Made by a program: the position numbers and the translations under genes
Virus record (IMG/VR): IMGVR_UViG_3300046703_000335
Location: 146,409-210,408 of that record
Reading direction: 5' to 3' (one strand)
DNA length: 64,000 nucleotides
Notes under the pieces: model-generated
Databases searched by the model: none
Told to the model about the DNA's origin: nothing
What the model saw: only the letters and a program-made list of their open reading frames with translations
Shown here: positions 56,112-64,000 of the stretch, in pieces
Layout: each line of letters opens with the position of its first letter
Position numbering within the stretch: the first letter of the stretch is position 1

Positions 56112-59100
56112 TTATCTCGAGAATCTATTCCCACTACTCATACCAGAAAATCTTGAGGATGGTCTATTTAAACTAAATTTACTCATCTCAGATTTTCTTA
56201 ACATCCTAGCCATCCTCAAATGTCCTACAGCAGCTGACCCTGCTATATTATGTGTAAATGACTTATTTCTATATTCATGAGCGATATACACCATACGAGC
56301 AAGACTATCACTTAAGTCATCGTGCTCTCCTTCTCTTTCTGGAGCTGCTACTTGTACGATATATTTAGATTTCTGTTGAGCCTGCAAAGTCAAAAGTTCT
56401 GTAACAAGTATAGAATCTGTAGATCTTATACCTTTTACAAATACTTCATCACCTTCAGGTATTCTTAATATCCTGGATAGTAAACATGACAAAAGCATTT
56501 GATATACGGAAGAATTAAGACTGTCATTAAAGTGTCTTGCTTCAAACTGCTTAAGTCCTAATCTATGAAGCTTAGGTTCCATAGTCATATCATAGTACTG
56601 ATCAAACAAACCTTTAGCTATGTAAAACTTTTTAGTGAAAGATGCTATCCAATCCACCATTTCTTCTGGTTCAAAATATTCCTTACCTTCATCTTTGGCG
56701 AATCTTATACCATAGTAGTCAATTTCAAGCTTATCAACTTTTACCCCTTCAACTAATTCCTGTATCCAATGACCTATAGTTATGGCAGTACCATCCTTTT
56801 TTAATCCTAAATCTACTCCCATAAAATGAGGTACACGTTGCATACTTCGATCTTTTATTTTAAGACCAGGTATAACATTTCTTCTTACAATTTCTGGATC
56901 ATCTAACCAGCCAAACATACGATCGCTGAACTGAGCACCATATTCTGATTTAAAAGTTATAGGGTTAGCACTATAACTATTCTTTAGAAATTGTGTAGAG
57001 AGATCGGGATCAACTTCCCATGTTGGAGCCTGCATCATAAATAAATCTTCATTTTCCTCTTCAAAAGATCGTTCATATTCCTTGAAGAATTTTCCAGTCA
57101 TAGGCCCAGGAGAAGACAAACAAATAATTTTTCCATCTGGCGTACCATCAGGTTTTTTAAACTTAGCGACAGATGGTGTAGCTGCTTTATATATCGCCCC
57201 ATCATCCCTGTCTTTATTACTGGTTACACCGCCACCCTTTTCGTCTGCGAAAAAGAATGCCATCTCATCAAGAGCCACGACGATATTACCTGGACCACGA
57301 AGACCCTTCGCACTACACGGTGCTACTCGAATATTTATAGATGCCAAACCCTTTGGACCATACTTATCAAGATCTCTCTGGGTATGTAAATAGACATATT
57401 GCTGTGTGGGTTTTCTTCGATATTTACGAAAAAATTCAGATCGTTCTATATGACCCACGATCTTTGTAAATAGTTCACTGGCTGTATCTTTACTAGTAGA
57501 TATGCATGTTACTTTTATAGTATCTTCTGGCATGATCCCATAGTATTCTTGAGGGCAATATTTATTTAGCAATTTATAAACTTCATAGGCTATAATACAA
57601 GACGTGATTGTCGAGTTATGATTAGTCATGCCATTAGCTACGAATGACTCTCCATCAGGTACATTTAAATCATAAACTTTACATTCTCCAGACTCAGTGC
57701 TTACAACTTTATCCCAGTAATAATTCGCATTATATATTTCTTCAAAATGATTTATTAGTAGTATATCAGCATTAGCGTCTTTTACCTTATCTAATACATT
57801 TTTTAACCTTGGGTAAGTCATTTGCTCATTACAGTTTTTTATAACATTCCCCAGAGCATCTTTAATCCTTGTACGATGACGATCTCCACTCCCTTTACCA
57901 TTTATATTGAACTGACCATTAGGTACAGAATCTCTTAATTTTCTACACCATTCTTTTTGATTAGGTATAGATTCGGTAGAACTCTTATTACCCTGATAAC
58001 CCTTTAGTATATATTCATTTAATAAAGATTGCTTTCTATCACTTAAAAAGCCTATCTCCTTATTAAATATATTCATTGAGTTAGAACCTATGATATTTAT
58101 ATGACAATAAACTTTATTATATTTTTTATTAGTCCGATATCTTATTCTACATACAATGCCAAAATTTAATAAAAGAAGTTGTACTTCCTGAGCTAATCTT
58201 TTACTTGCAGTTGAAAAAGAAATAACTCTATTACCCTCAAAGCAACCATCTGTTTCAAATAAACCTTTTAGAAACGCAGCTACTACTCTCTTCGGAGACT
58301 GCATGATAACCCATGGTATTCGTTTATTATCAGATTTTGCATCTAAATTATACCCTATCTTATCAAGAAAACTTCTTAGTAGCATTGAATAATAACACAC
58401 TCTATAGTATCTATTTTTACGATAGCAATTAACACTTGGAGTACCCACGGACTTTTCGAATATATCCTTTACTTTTTCTAACCACTCAGGATAAGGGCCC
58501 ACCGTTACTTGGATACCGTTTTCATTACCCCAAGTTCCATCCCCAACAAGTACTCCTAATAATGTAGCCCAATTCTCATCTATGATATTAGGAAGGTTAT
58601 ATTCTTTGATGTTAACTTTATTTTCAAGTACTAAATTTTCATGAAATTTTTTCAAGGAAATATTCTCTATAGGCCACAGATCAGTCTTTCTATTTATACC
58701 TATATAATCCCCTATCTTAATATCTTCTAAGTATCTCCATTGAATAATACCTTCTTCAGACATAACCTTAATTCGATGATTGGGGGTTCCTTCCTCTTCA
58801 AAACCACAATAACTAACTACTCTGATAGTTTTCCTTACCCCACCATTATAAAAATAAGCAGAAGAAGATCTTTTACCCATTTCTTGAACGACAGTCTCAA
58901 TAAGAGGCTGATATTCCGGTCCATCAGGATTACCCAGCTTTTGAATCTCTATAAAACCTCTACCAGTATTAATTAATGTATCCCCTGTTAAGCACTTTCC
59001 AGAACGCCGCCCGCACACTAAAACCATGTTAGGATACATCTGACCTTGTTCATATAGTCTGTTGATCCTGCCTTCATTGAACAAAAACATCATGTATTCC

Positions 59101-59360
59101 TGTTCATTGAATCGATAGAGTTCAACTTCATTAAACTGATCATTTACTATGATATCTCTATTTGCAGAATTATCAAGTTCAAGACCATAATATGATTTTA
59201 TGATAAATCTTTGAGCGGGGTAAAGAGCTGGAACGTCACTATTGCAACCCATGGCAAGACCCCAGGGTGCTGTAATAAAATCTATAACATTTTTATCAAG
59301 ATATTCTTTATTTTCGCCTCTCGGAGAAATGAGATTAGCACATAGTTCAGATAAGCTCAT
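56112..59360 (-). CDS. terL: Terminase large subunit, intein-containing; about 622 aa after splicing
   Basis: Walker A CGRRSGK|S, Walker B VVALDEMAFF, LSSP coupling motif, RNase-H nuclease GVDLG..HDDLSDS. Confidence 0.92.
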   Translation of the reverse strand: MSLSELCANLISPRGENKEYLDKNVIDFITAPWGLAMGCNSDVPALYPAQRFIIKSYYGLELDNSANRDIIVNDQFNEVELYRFNEQEYMMFLFNEGRINRLYEQGQMYPNMVLVCGRRSGKCLTGDTLINTGRGFIEIQKLGNPDGPEYQPLIETVVQEMGKRSSSAYFYNGGVRKTIRVVSYCGFEEEGTPNHRIKVMSEEGIIQWRYLEDIKIGDYIGINRKTDLWPIENISLKKFHENLVLENKVNIKEYNLPNIIDENWATLLGVLVGDGTWGNENGIQVTVGPYPEWLEKVKDIFEKSVGTPSVNCYRKNRYYRVCYYSMLLRSFLDKIGYNLDAKSDNKRIPWVIMQSPKRVVAAFLKGLFETDGCFEGNRVISFSTASKRLAQEVQLLLLNFGIVCRIRYRTNKKYNKVYCHINIIGSNSMNIFNKEIGFLSDRKQSLLNEYILKGYQGNKSSTESIPNQKEWCRKLRDSVPNGQFNINGKGSGDRHRTRIKDALGNVIKNCNEQMTYPRLKNVLDKVKDANADILLINHFEEIYNANYYWDKVVSTESGECKVYDLNVPDGESFVANGMTNHNSTITSCIIAYEVYKLLNKYCPQEYYGIMPEDTIKVTCISTSKDTASELFTKIVGHIERSEFFRKYRRKPTQQYVYLHTQRDLDKYGPKGLASINIRVAPCSAKGLRGPGNIVVALDEMAFFFADEKGGGVTSNKDRDDGAIYKAATPSVAKFKKPDGTPDGKIICLSSPGPMTGKFFKEYERSFEEENEDLFMMQAPTWEVDPDLSTQFLKNSYSANPITFKSEYGAQFSDRMFGWLDDPEIVRRNVIPGLKIKDRSMQRVPHFMGVDLGLKKDGTAITIGHWIQELVEGVKVDKLEIDYYGIRFAKDEGKEYFEPEEMVDWIASFTKKFYIAKGLFDQYYDMTMEPKLHRLGLKQFEARHFNDSLNSSVYQMLLSCLLSRILRIPEGDEVFVKGIRSTDSILVTELLTLQAQQKSKYIVQVAAPEREGEHDDLSDSLARMVYIAHEYRNKSFTHNIAGSAAVGHLRMARMLRKSEMSKFSLNRPSSRFSGMSSGNRFSR
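57615..58994 (-). mobile_element. Intein (460 aa) with LAGLIDADG endonuclease in the TerL Walker A motif
   Basis: Starts CLTGDTLINT; GTPNHRI; LLGVLVGDG and LKGLFETDG; ends FVANGMTNHN followed by Ser. Confidence 0.92.
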
Positions 59361-59363
59361 ATA

Positions 59364-60077
59364 TTATTCCTTCCCATAATATATGCGCTCGGCACTCTTT
59401 TCAAAGCTATCAAATGACTTTGCTAACTCTGTAAAGAAAATATCCTCAAATTGTTCTGGAATGTGAACTTTACGAAAGGTCTTCTGGATAGTCTCAAGGA
59501 AGAATTTTAAAACTTTTTGAAAAGGTTCTCCATGAAAATCAACTTTACCTGTTACTGTATCCTTCTTTAGCTTTTCCTGTTCTACTATAGTCTCGACAAG
59601 ATGCTTAAGTATTTTTATTCTTTTAAAGGTCGGTTCAGAAAGGTCTTCACCAGTACTCCAGTTCTCATTTCTCCAAGCTTTTAGATATGCTGCTTCTTCA
59701 GCAATTTCCTCCATGATAGTCCTAAGCACTGTATTTATTGGCTTATTATCTCGAATTACAGCTAATAAATTGTCATTTTCCGTAGGACTGGCTATAGCAT
59801 GACTTAAAGAGCTACCGGGCTTAATATTAATATTCATAACGCCATGAGCACTATTTCTAAGAACTTGTGAAGGAGCCGTAGCAGGTATTATAACTTCTTT
59901 TTTTAGTAGTCTAGCCTCCGCTTCCTGCCCTATATCAGCCATAAATTCACTATCAACATTTAATATAGGGGAGACATCCTTAAAATCTTCATCTATTAGA
60001 CTATTGACTAAATCCATATTTGGATCAATACAAATGTCCTTCTCATAAATGACAATATCTGGTTTCTTTTTTTCCAT
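59364..60077 (-). CDS. Candidate terminase small subunit
   Basis: Helical 237-aa ORF directly upstream of TerL; positional inference only. Confidence 0.4.
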   Translation of the reverse strand: MEKKKPDIVIYEKDICIDPNMDLVNSLIDEDFKDVSPILNVDSEFMADIGQEAEARLLKKEVIIPATAPSQVLRNSAHGVMNINIKPGSSLSHAIASPTENDNLLAVIRDNKPINTVLRTIMEEIAEEAAYLKAWRNENWSTGEDLSEPTFKRIKILKHLVETIVEQEKLKKDTVTGKVDFHGEPFQKVLKFFLETIQKTFRKVHIPEQFEDIFFTELAKSFDSFEKSAERIYYGKE

Positions 60078-60131
60078 GCTAATTGCTCCATAGTATTTAT
60101 ATTTTATGTTATATTATATACTTGATAATAA

Positions 60132-62036
60132 TTATTCAAGGTGGCTGTCAATACCCTCATTGTTAAGGTCAATGACAGATTCACTTGGAGATGCTTCACG
60201 TATATTATCCAGAGCTATATTCATCCCTGATCCAAAATCATCAGACATATCATATTTTTGATTAATATCCTCACGCTCTACATCAGGATTTTCATTAAAT
60301 TGTACTTTAACTATAACTTCTTCAACAGATGGTTTTTCTCCATTAGCTTCCTTTAAGTCAAAAAAGGCTTTATCAAGATTAATACTACCGATAAAATCAG
60401 TTGACTGCTTAATGCAACTTGAAGCACCTTTAAGTACACACTCCTTACATTTCTCAGTGGGCTTAATTGAAGCTGTTTTACTAAGATCATATCTCTCGTA
60501 AGTACATTTTGACAAGCAATCCGCACTAATTTCAGGAATATTAGCTATAACATTATGTACCATACCAACAGCCTCAGATGTACCAACTATCGATGCAACT
60601 TTATCTTCAATACGATCAATAGCTACACCTGCTTCGATAGCCTTTATAATATTCTTTTTAAGACCTACATGATCAAGAGCTTGTTTGCTCACTACTGGTG
60701 CAGCAACCCCCTGCACACCTCCCATACGAACATCTTTCTTATGAAGTAATGATGCATCAAAAGCTTCTTTTATAACATTTAAATTACATTCCCCATTTAG
60801 TACTTTATTTAACAGACCCTGGGAGATATTCGAAGCAATACGATTATTAGCTTGAAGATCTTTAATGTAGCTAAATGCAACTTTTTTATCCAATTTACCA
60901 TCTTCTGGTAATCCTGAGCAACCTGTAGCGCTAGCTACTTTTGCGAGAGTATTATCAAATGCATTCTGCTTAAAAGATTGTACCAGATATAATGGATTAG
61001 TACTAGCATTCTTAATAGCATAGATAGCATCTTTAGCAGTATCATAATAAGAAACATCTACATAGATGTTTCCAAGAATACCTTGTAAAGATGCCACTTT
61101 AGCGATTTCATTAGAATACTCAGCGATATGCGTTGAAGAAAATTTTTGACGAATACTCTCCTTAAGAGATTCCCCCGCTTTTCCCTTTAATAACTGATCC
61201 TGCATATAAGCAAGAAGTGGGCGTGCAGCAAAAAATCTTTGTTCCGCGGCATCCTTTTTTTGTATTGCGGCATTCTTCTCTATATGCTCAGAAAAATCCT
61301 TTTTAACTTGTGTTATATCGATTGGTGCAGCTTCTTTTGTACTAACTTCAGAATGTATCTCAGGCTGCTTTAAAAATGCTTCCCTAAGATTATCCTTAGA
61401 AGTGATAGTCTCTGACGCCCCTATCACACCAGCAATCCGAAGATGTGTGGTATATTCACTAAGAACAGGATCAGAATAATCCATTGATTCTTTGACTCTT
61501 TTATTGAGCTCTTTGCAAAAGCCATCATGATGTGAAGAGCATACTCTACGAGCAGGATTACCTACAACGTAACGAGCTGTACGAATACGATTTTTACCGA
61601 GAACTTCTGCAGCTTCATGGCAACTATCAAAAGGAGTAAGATCAATATAAACTTTTCCAAGGAGGCCCTGTTCCGCAGCAAGCTTGACAAGTTCATCTTT
61701 AGCAGCATATATCATATCAGGCAAGTATAAACTAGCGAGTTTATCTGCGAGCTTTTTCCCACTAAACCCCATCATCATTTCTTTTTTAGCCTGCTTAACT
61801 ACACCAGAGATATCTTCCTGTGAAGCTTTCTTCATGCTTTCACCGCCCTTAACGGTCGCGTTGGATACCAGACGAGTACTTGGCTCATTAGTATGAGTCC
61901 AGGCTTCCTGGAGCTGAGGAATAGATTCTACTGGGAATTCCCCGGGGATATTTTCTCTTGATAGCACTAACCAATCAAGATCAGGAATTTGAACCAAATT
62001 TTTATCTTGCTCAATTGACTTTCCAAACGCGTCCAT
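60132..62036 (-). CDS. Large head-associated protein with internal duplication
   Basis: LAAEQGLLGKVYIDL and VASLQGILGNIYVDV repeats; Cys clusters; many K-x-A motifs. Confidence 0.55.
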   Translation of the reverse strand: MDAFGKSIEQDKNLVQIPDLDWLVLSRENIPGEFPVESIPQLQEAWTHTNEPSTRLVSNATVKGGESMKKASQEDISGVVKQAKKEMMMGFSGKKLADKLASLYLPDMIYAAKDELVKLAAEQGLLGKVYIDLTPFDSCHEAAEVLGKNRIRTARYVVGNPARRVCSSHHDGFCKELNKRVKESMDYSDPVLSEYTTHLRIAGVIGASETITSKDNLREAFLKQPEIHSEVSTKEAAPIDITQVKKDFSEHIEKNAAIQKKDAAEQRFFAARPLLAYMQDQLLKGKAGESLKESIRQKFSSTHIAEYSNEIAKVASLQGILGNIYVDVSYYDTAKDAIYAIKNASTNPLYLVQSFKQNAFDNTLAKVASATGCSGLPEDGKLDKKVAFSYIKDLQANNRIASNISQGLLNKVLNGECNLNVIKEAFDASLLHKKDVRMGGVQGVAAPVVSKQALDHVGLKKNIIKAIEAGVAIDRIEDKVASIVGTSEAVGMVHNVIANIPEISADCLSKCTYERYDLSKTASIKPTEKCKECVLKGASSCIKQSTDFIGSINLDKAFFDLKEANGEKPSVEEVIVKVQFNENPDVEREDINQKYDMSDDFGSGMNIALDNIREASPSESVIDLNNEGIDSHLE

Positions 62037-62037
62037 G

Positions 62038-62691
62038 TTATTTATCTCCTTTTGCTATATTTGCCATGATTCTTTTACTGAGGACAGAAGCTACTTTATC
62101 TTTAACATTACCATTAACAAGATCGCCATATCTCTTAAAAGCATCTACCTCAAATGAGTTTACAACATCGTCAGGATTAATATCTTCCAAAGGTGTTTTA
62201 TTAACTTCAGGGGGAAGATCTGTATTATCCGTGTCAGAAGTATTTTTACCAGGAACTACTTCCTCAACTTCTTGAATTTCTTCTTCAACAATCTCATTTT
62301 CCTGCTTTACTTTTTTCTTATCAGAATCACTTAAACCCCACTTAGGATTTGTAAGCTCATCTGCAAGAGTATCTGTCACATCAGACAATTCCGTAATAGC
62401 TGTATTGATCTTAGCTTTCACATCTTTGAAAGGCATAATAAAACCCCGACCACCCAGCATCCCATCGGGAGTAATATCCGATCCTCTGAGAATAGATAAA
62501 TCTTTCATGGCTGAGATCATTGTACCAAGAGAGACATTGATATTATGGAGTGCCTTTTTAAGTACTGTAGCTTTAGAAGGATCATACTCAAACCCTCTAA
62601 TATCCCTACTCATACCACCTTTATTTTCTTTTCTTTTTTCTGCGGCTTTTTCAGCAGCAGCTACTCGCATGGTTAAACGATCTCTGCTCAT
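62038..62691 (-). CDS. Hypothetical head-associated protein
   Basis: MSRDRLTMRVAA start resembles scaffold MSRNRLTNRLAS; PDGMLGGRGFIM. Confidence 0.55.
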   Translation of the reverse strand: MSRDRLTMRVAAAEKAAEKRKENKGGMSRDIRGFEYDPSKATVLKKALHNINVSLGTMISAMKDLSILRGSDITPDGMLGGRGFIMPFKDVKAKINTAITELSDVTDTLADELTNPKWGLSDSDKKKVKQENEIVEEEIQEVEEVVPGKNTSDTDNTDLPPEVNKTPLEDINPDDVVNSFEVDAFKRYGDLVNGNVKDKVASVLSKRIMANIAKGDK

Positions 62692-62696
62692 TTTAT

Positions 62697-63365
62697 TTAT
62701 CCTTTAATTGGGTCACCGGTGTTATCAAAAAGTCTTTTGATCTGGACGTTTCCATCTTTATCGGAATCAATAGTCCACAAATCATGAGTACATTTGTGTA
62801 TAAGCTGATTACTTCCTATTCGATCAAATGAAAAGAGATCGTCAAGACTTGCTACTTTCATTCTGCTCTCATCAAAGAAAGGATCAATACCATTTTCGGA
62901 AGCTACTGAAATGATTGATGCTGATTTTATTGTCTGATGAAGATTATTAAAAACTCCATTAATAATATTCTTGTCAAAATCTCCACTGCTTGACAACTTT
63001 TGTACTACTGCTTTTACAGCCATTTCATATCTGTCTGACATAGAAGCACTCCTATTATCTATAGAAAATCCTGGGCATCTTTTTTCAAACTTTTTAGGAA
63101 AATCAGCACACTGTTCTGGTTTAACATCCCATATGCTGCATTTATTGTCTTTAAGAAAAACACATGATGAGGAATTTGGCTTATTTCTTAGTACAATATT
63201 TGTCTTATACTTTCTTGTATGTTCTTCTAAAAACTTTTCTTTATTAACAAACTGATAATCAGCTATCCTGTTAATGTCGTCAGGAGTAAGCAGAACTACA
63301 CCTTCCCACTTACAGCAAGCTCCACATTTTTTACACTCAAACTCTTTCCCATCAATTACTCTCAT
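62697..63365 (-). CDS. YkgJ/CxxCxxCC metal-cluster domain fused to an unknown C-terminal domain
   Basis: FECKKCGACC...CVFL..NKCSIWDVKPEQCADFP. Confidence 0.75.
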   Translation of the reverse strand: MRVIDGKEFECKKCGACCKWEGVVLLTPDDINRIADYQFVNKEKFLEEHTRKYKTNIVLRNKPNSSSCVFLKDNKCSIWDVKPEQCADFPKKFEKRCPGFSIDNRSASMSDRYEMAVKAVVQKLSSSGDFDKNIINGVFNNLHQTIKSASIISVASENGIDPFFDESRMKVASLDDLFSFDRIGSNQLIHKCTHDLWTIDSDKDGNVQIKRLFDNTGDPIKG

Positions 63366-63374
63366 AAATCACTT

Positions 63375-63776
63375 TTAAAAAGGATTAAAGTTAAGTTCAT
63401 CTGGATCAAATCCAATAGTATCTTTATTCTCATTAAGTCCATCAGGAGTTGTACTATCATTTACAGGCTCACCCTGTACATTTTCAAAATGCCCTCCAGG
63501 ATTAGTATCAATCATTGGTCTGGAGTTATAATCCATCCAATCAACTGGAGTTGGTCTTTCTCCTTGCCTACGGATATCCTCTACATTCTTACATTTGTCT
63601 TCTTTGTCTGTATCATTGTACATACTTGGAGGACCATCACCAATTTCTTTAGAATCCTCTTCAGGCTCTGTTTGTTGTTGATAATAAGGGATATTCATAT
63701 ACGGGGAATCACCGGAATAGTTATCATCCACCATAAAGGCTAATTTTCTTATCCGGTCAGAGAAGCTTATAAACAT
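63375..63776 (-). CDS. Acidic hypothetical protein with N-terminal helical tag
   Basis: MFISFSDRIRKLAFMVDD. Confidence 0.55.
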   Translation of the reverse strand: MFISFSDRIRKLAFMVDDNYSGDSPYMNIPYYQQQTEPEEDSKEIGDGPPSMYNDTDKEDKCKNVEDIRRQGERPTPVDWMDYNSRPMIDTNPGGHFENVQGEPVNDSTTPDGLNENKDTIGFDPDELNFNPF

Positions 63777-63836
63777 ACATACCCCTACAAAAAGATAACA
63801 TTACTGCATAATGTAAAACCTAAGTGTAGGTATAGT

Positions 63837-63851
63837 ATTAAGAGATTATTA
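63837..63851 (-). promoter_or_regulatory. Putative late promoter motif, perfect copy
   Basis: ATTAAGAGATTATTA, 61 nt upstream of ATG 63776. Confidence 0.7.
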
Positions 63852-63853
63852 CT

Positions 63854-64000
63854 TTAGCAGATCTTATGGAGTCGAACCCTATAACCTTTATCAAAGTGAG
63901 GAAGAACAACCTCATGCATCATATACAGATTTTCCTGAATGTATACTAACAATTTGAGACATACAGCTAAATCAATATTATTCTTCTTACTTTTCTTAAG
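63854..64000 (-). CDS. 3' end of a gene entering from beyond the window
   Basis: Open frame LKKSKKNNIDLAVCLKLLVYIQENLYMMHEVVLPHFDKGYRVRLHKIC-stop. Confidence 0.5.
   Translation of the reverse strand, partial: LKKSKKNNIDLAVCLKLLVYIQENLYMMHEVVLPHFDKGYRVRLHKIC

Noticed and set aside
127-63743. Many short plus-strand and alternate-frame ORFs in the track (e.g. 616..1053, 40240..40596, 43966..44475, 57082..57393)
   Set aside because: They are antisense or frame shadows of long genes, with no RBS or recognisable motifs.
63868-63879. GGGTTCGACTCC on minus, resembling a tRNA T-arm
   Set aside because: No acceptor stem, D-arm or anticodon arm could be built around it, and it lies inside an open coding frame.
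1-64000. Stop-codon reassignment as seen in some large phages
   Set aside because: Long genes are intact in code 11, and TAA, TGA and TAG all end genes at sensible boundaries.

Overview
A 64-kb, AT-rich segment of a large myovirus (contractile-tailed, probably jumbo-class dsDNA phage) covering the virion morphogenesis region, almost entirely on the minus strand and in the standard genetic code. Read in transcription order (right to left) it holds head-associated proteins, a candidate TerS, TerL (intein), a tail-fibre/baseplate-like protein, portal (intein), prohead protease (intein), scaffold, head decoration protein and a major capsid protein split by a group I intron that the ORF track misses. 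Next come probable head-internal proteins (Zn peptidase, NDT-like/Acb1-like fusion, SWIM protein), a 1373-aa four-glycosyltransferase/TPR enzyme, neck, beta-helix, LamG and radical-SAM genes, an actin-like ATPase operon, tail completion, tail sheath and the start of a probable tail tube. Most notable: (1) a recurring G-x-T-G motif in five virion proteins near a GT2-TPR multi-glycosyltransferase, suggesting sequon-directed virion glycosylation; (2) a shared helical tag plus K-x-A motifs on many unrelated proteins, suggesting a capsid-packaging/maturation code for injected cargo; (3) two independent endonuclease-DNA-modification fusion genes (LAGLIDADG-methyltransferase and PD-(D/E)XK-Mom); (4) a 15-bp probable late-promoter motif seen 15 times. 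All functional calls come from reading motifs by eye; no database searches were run.
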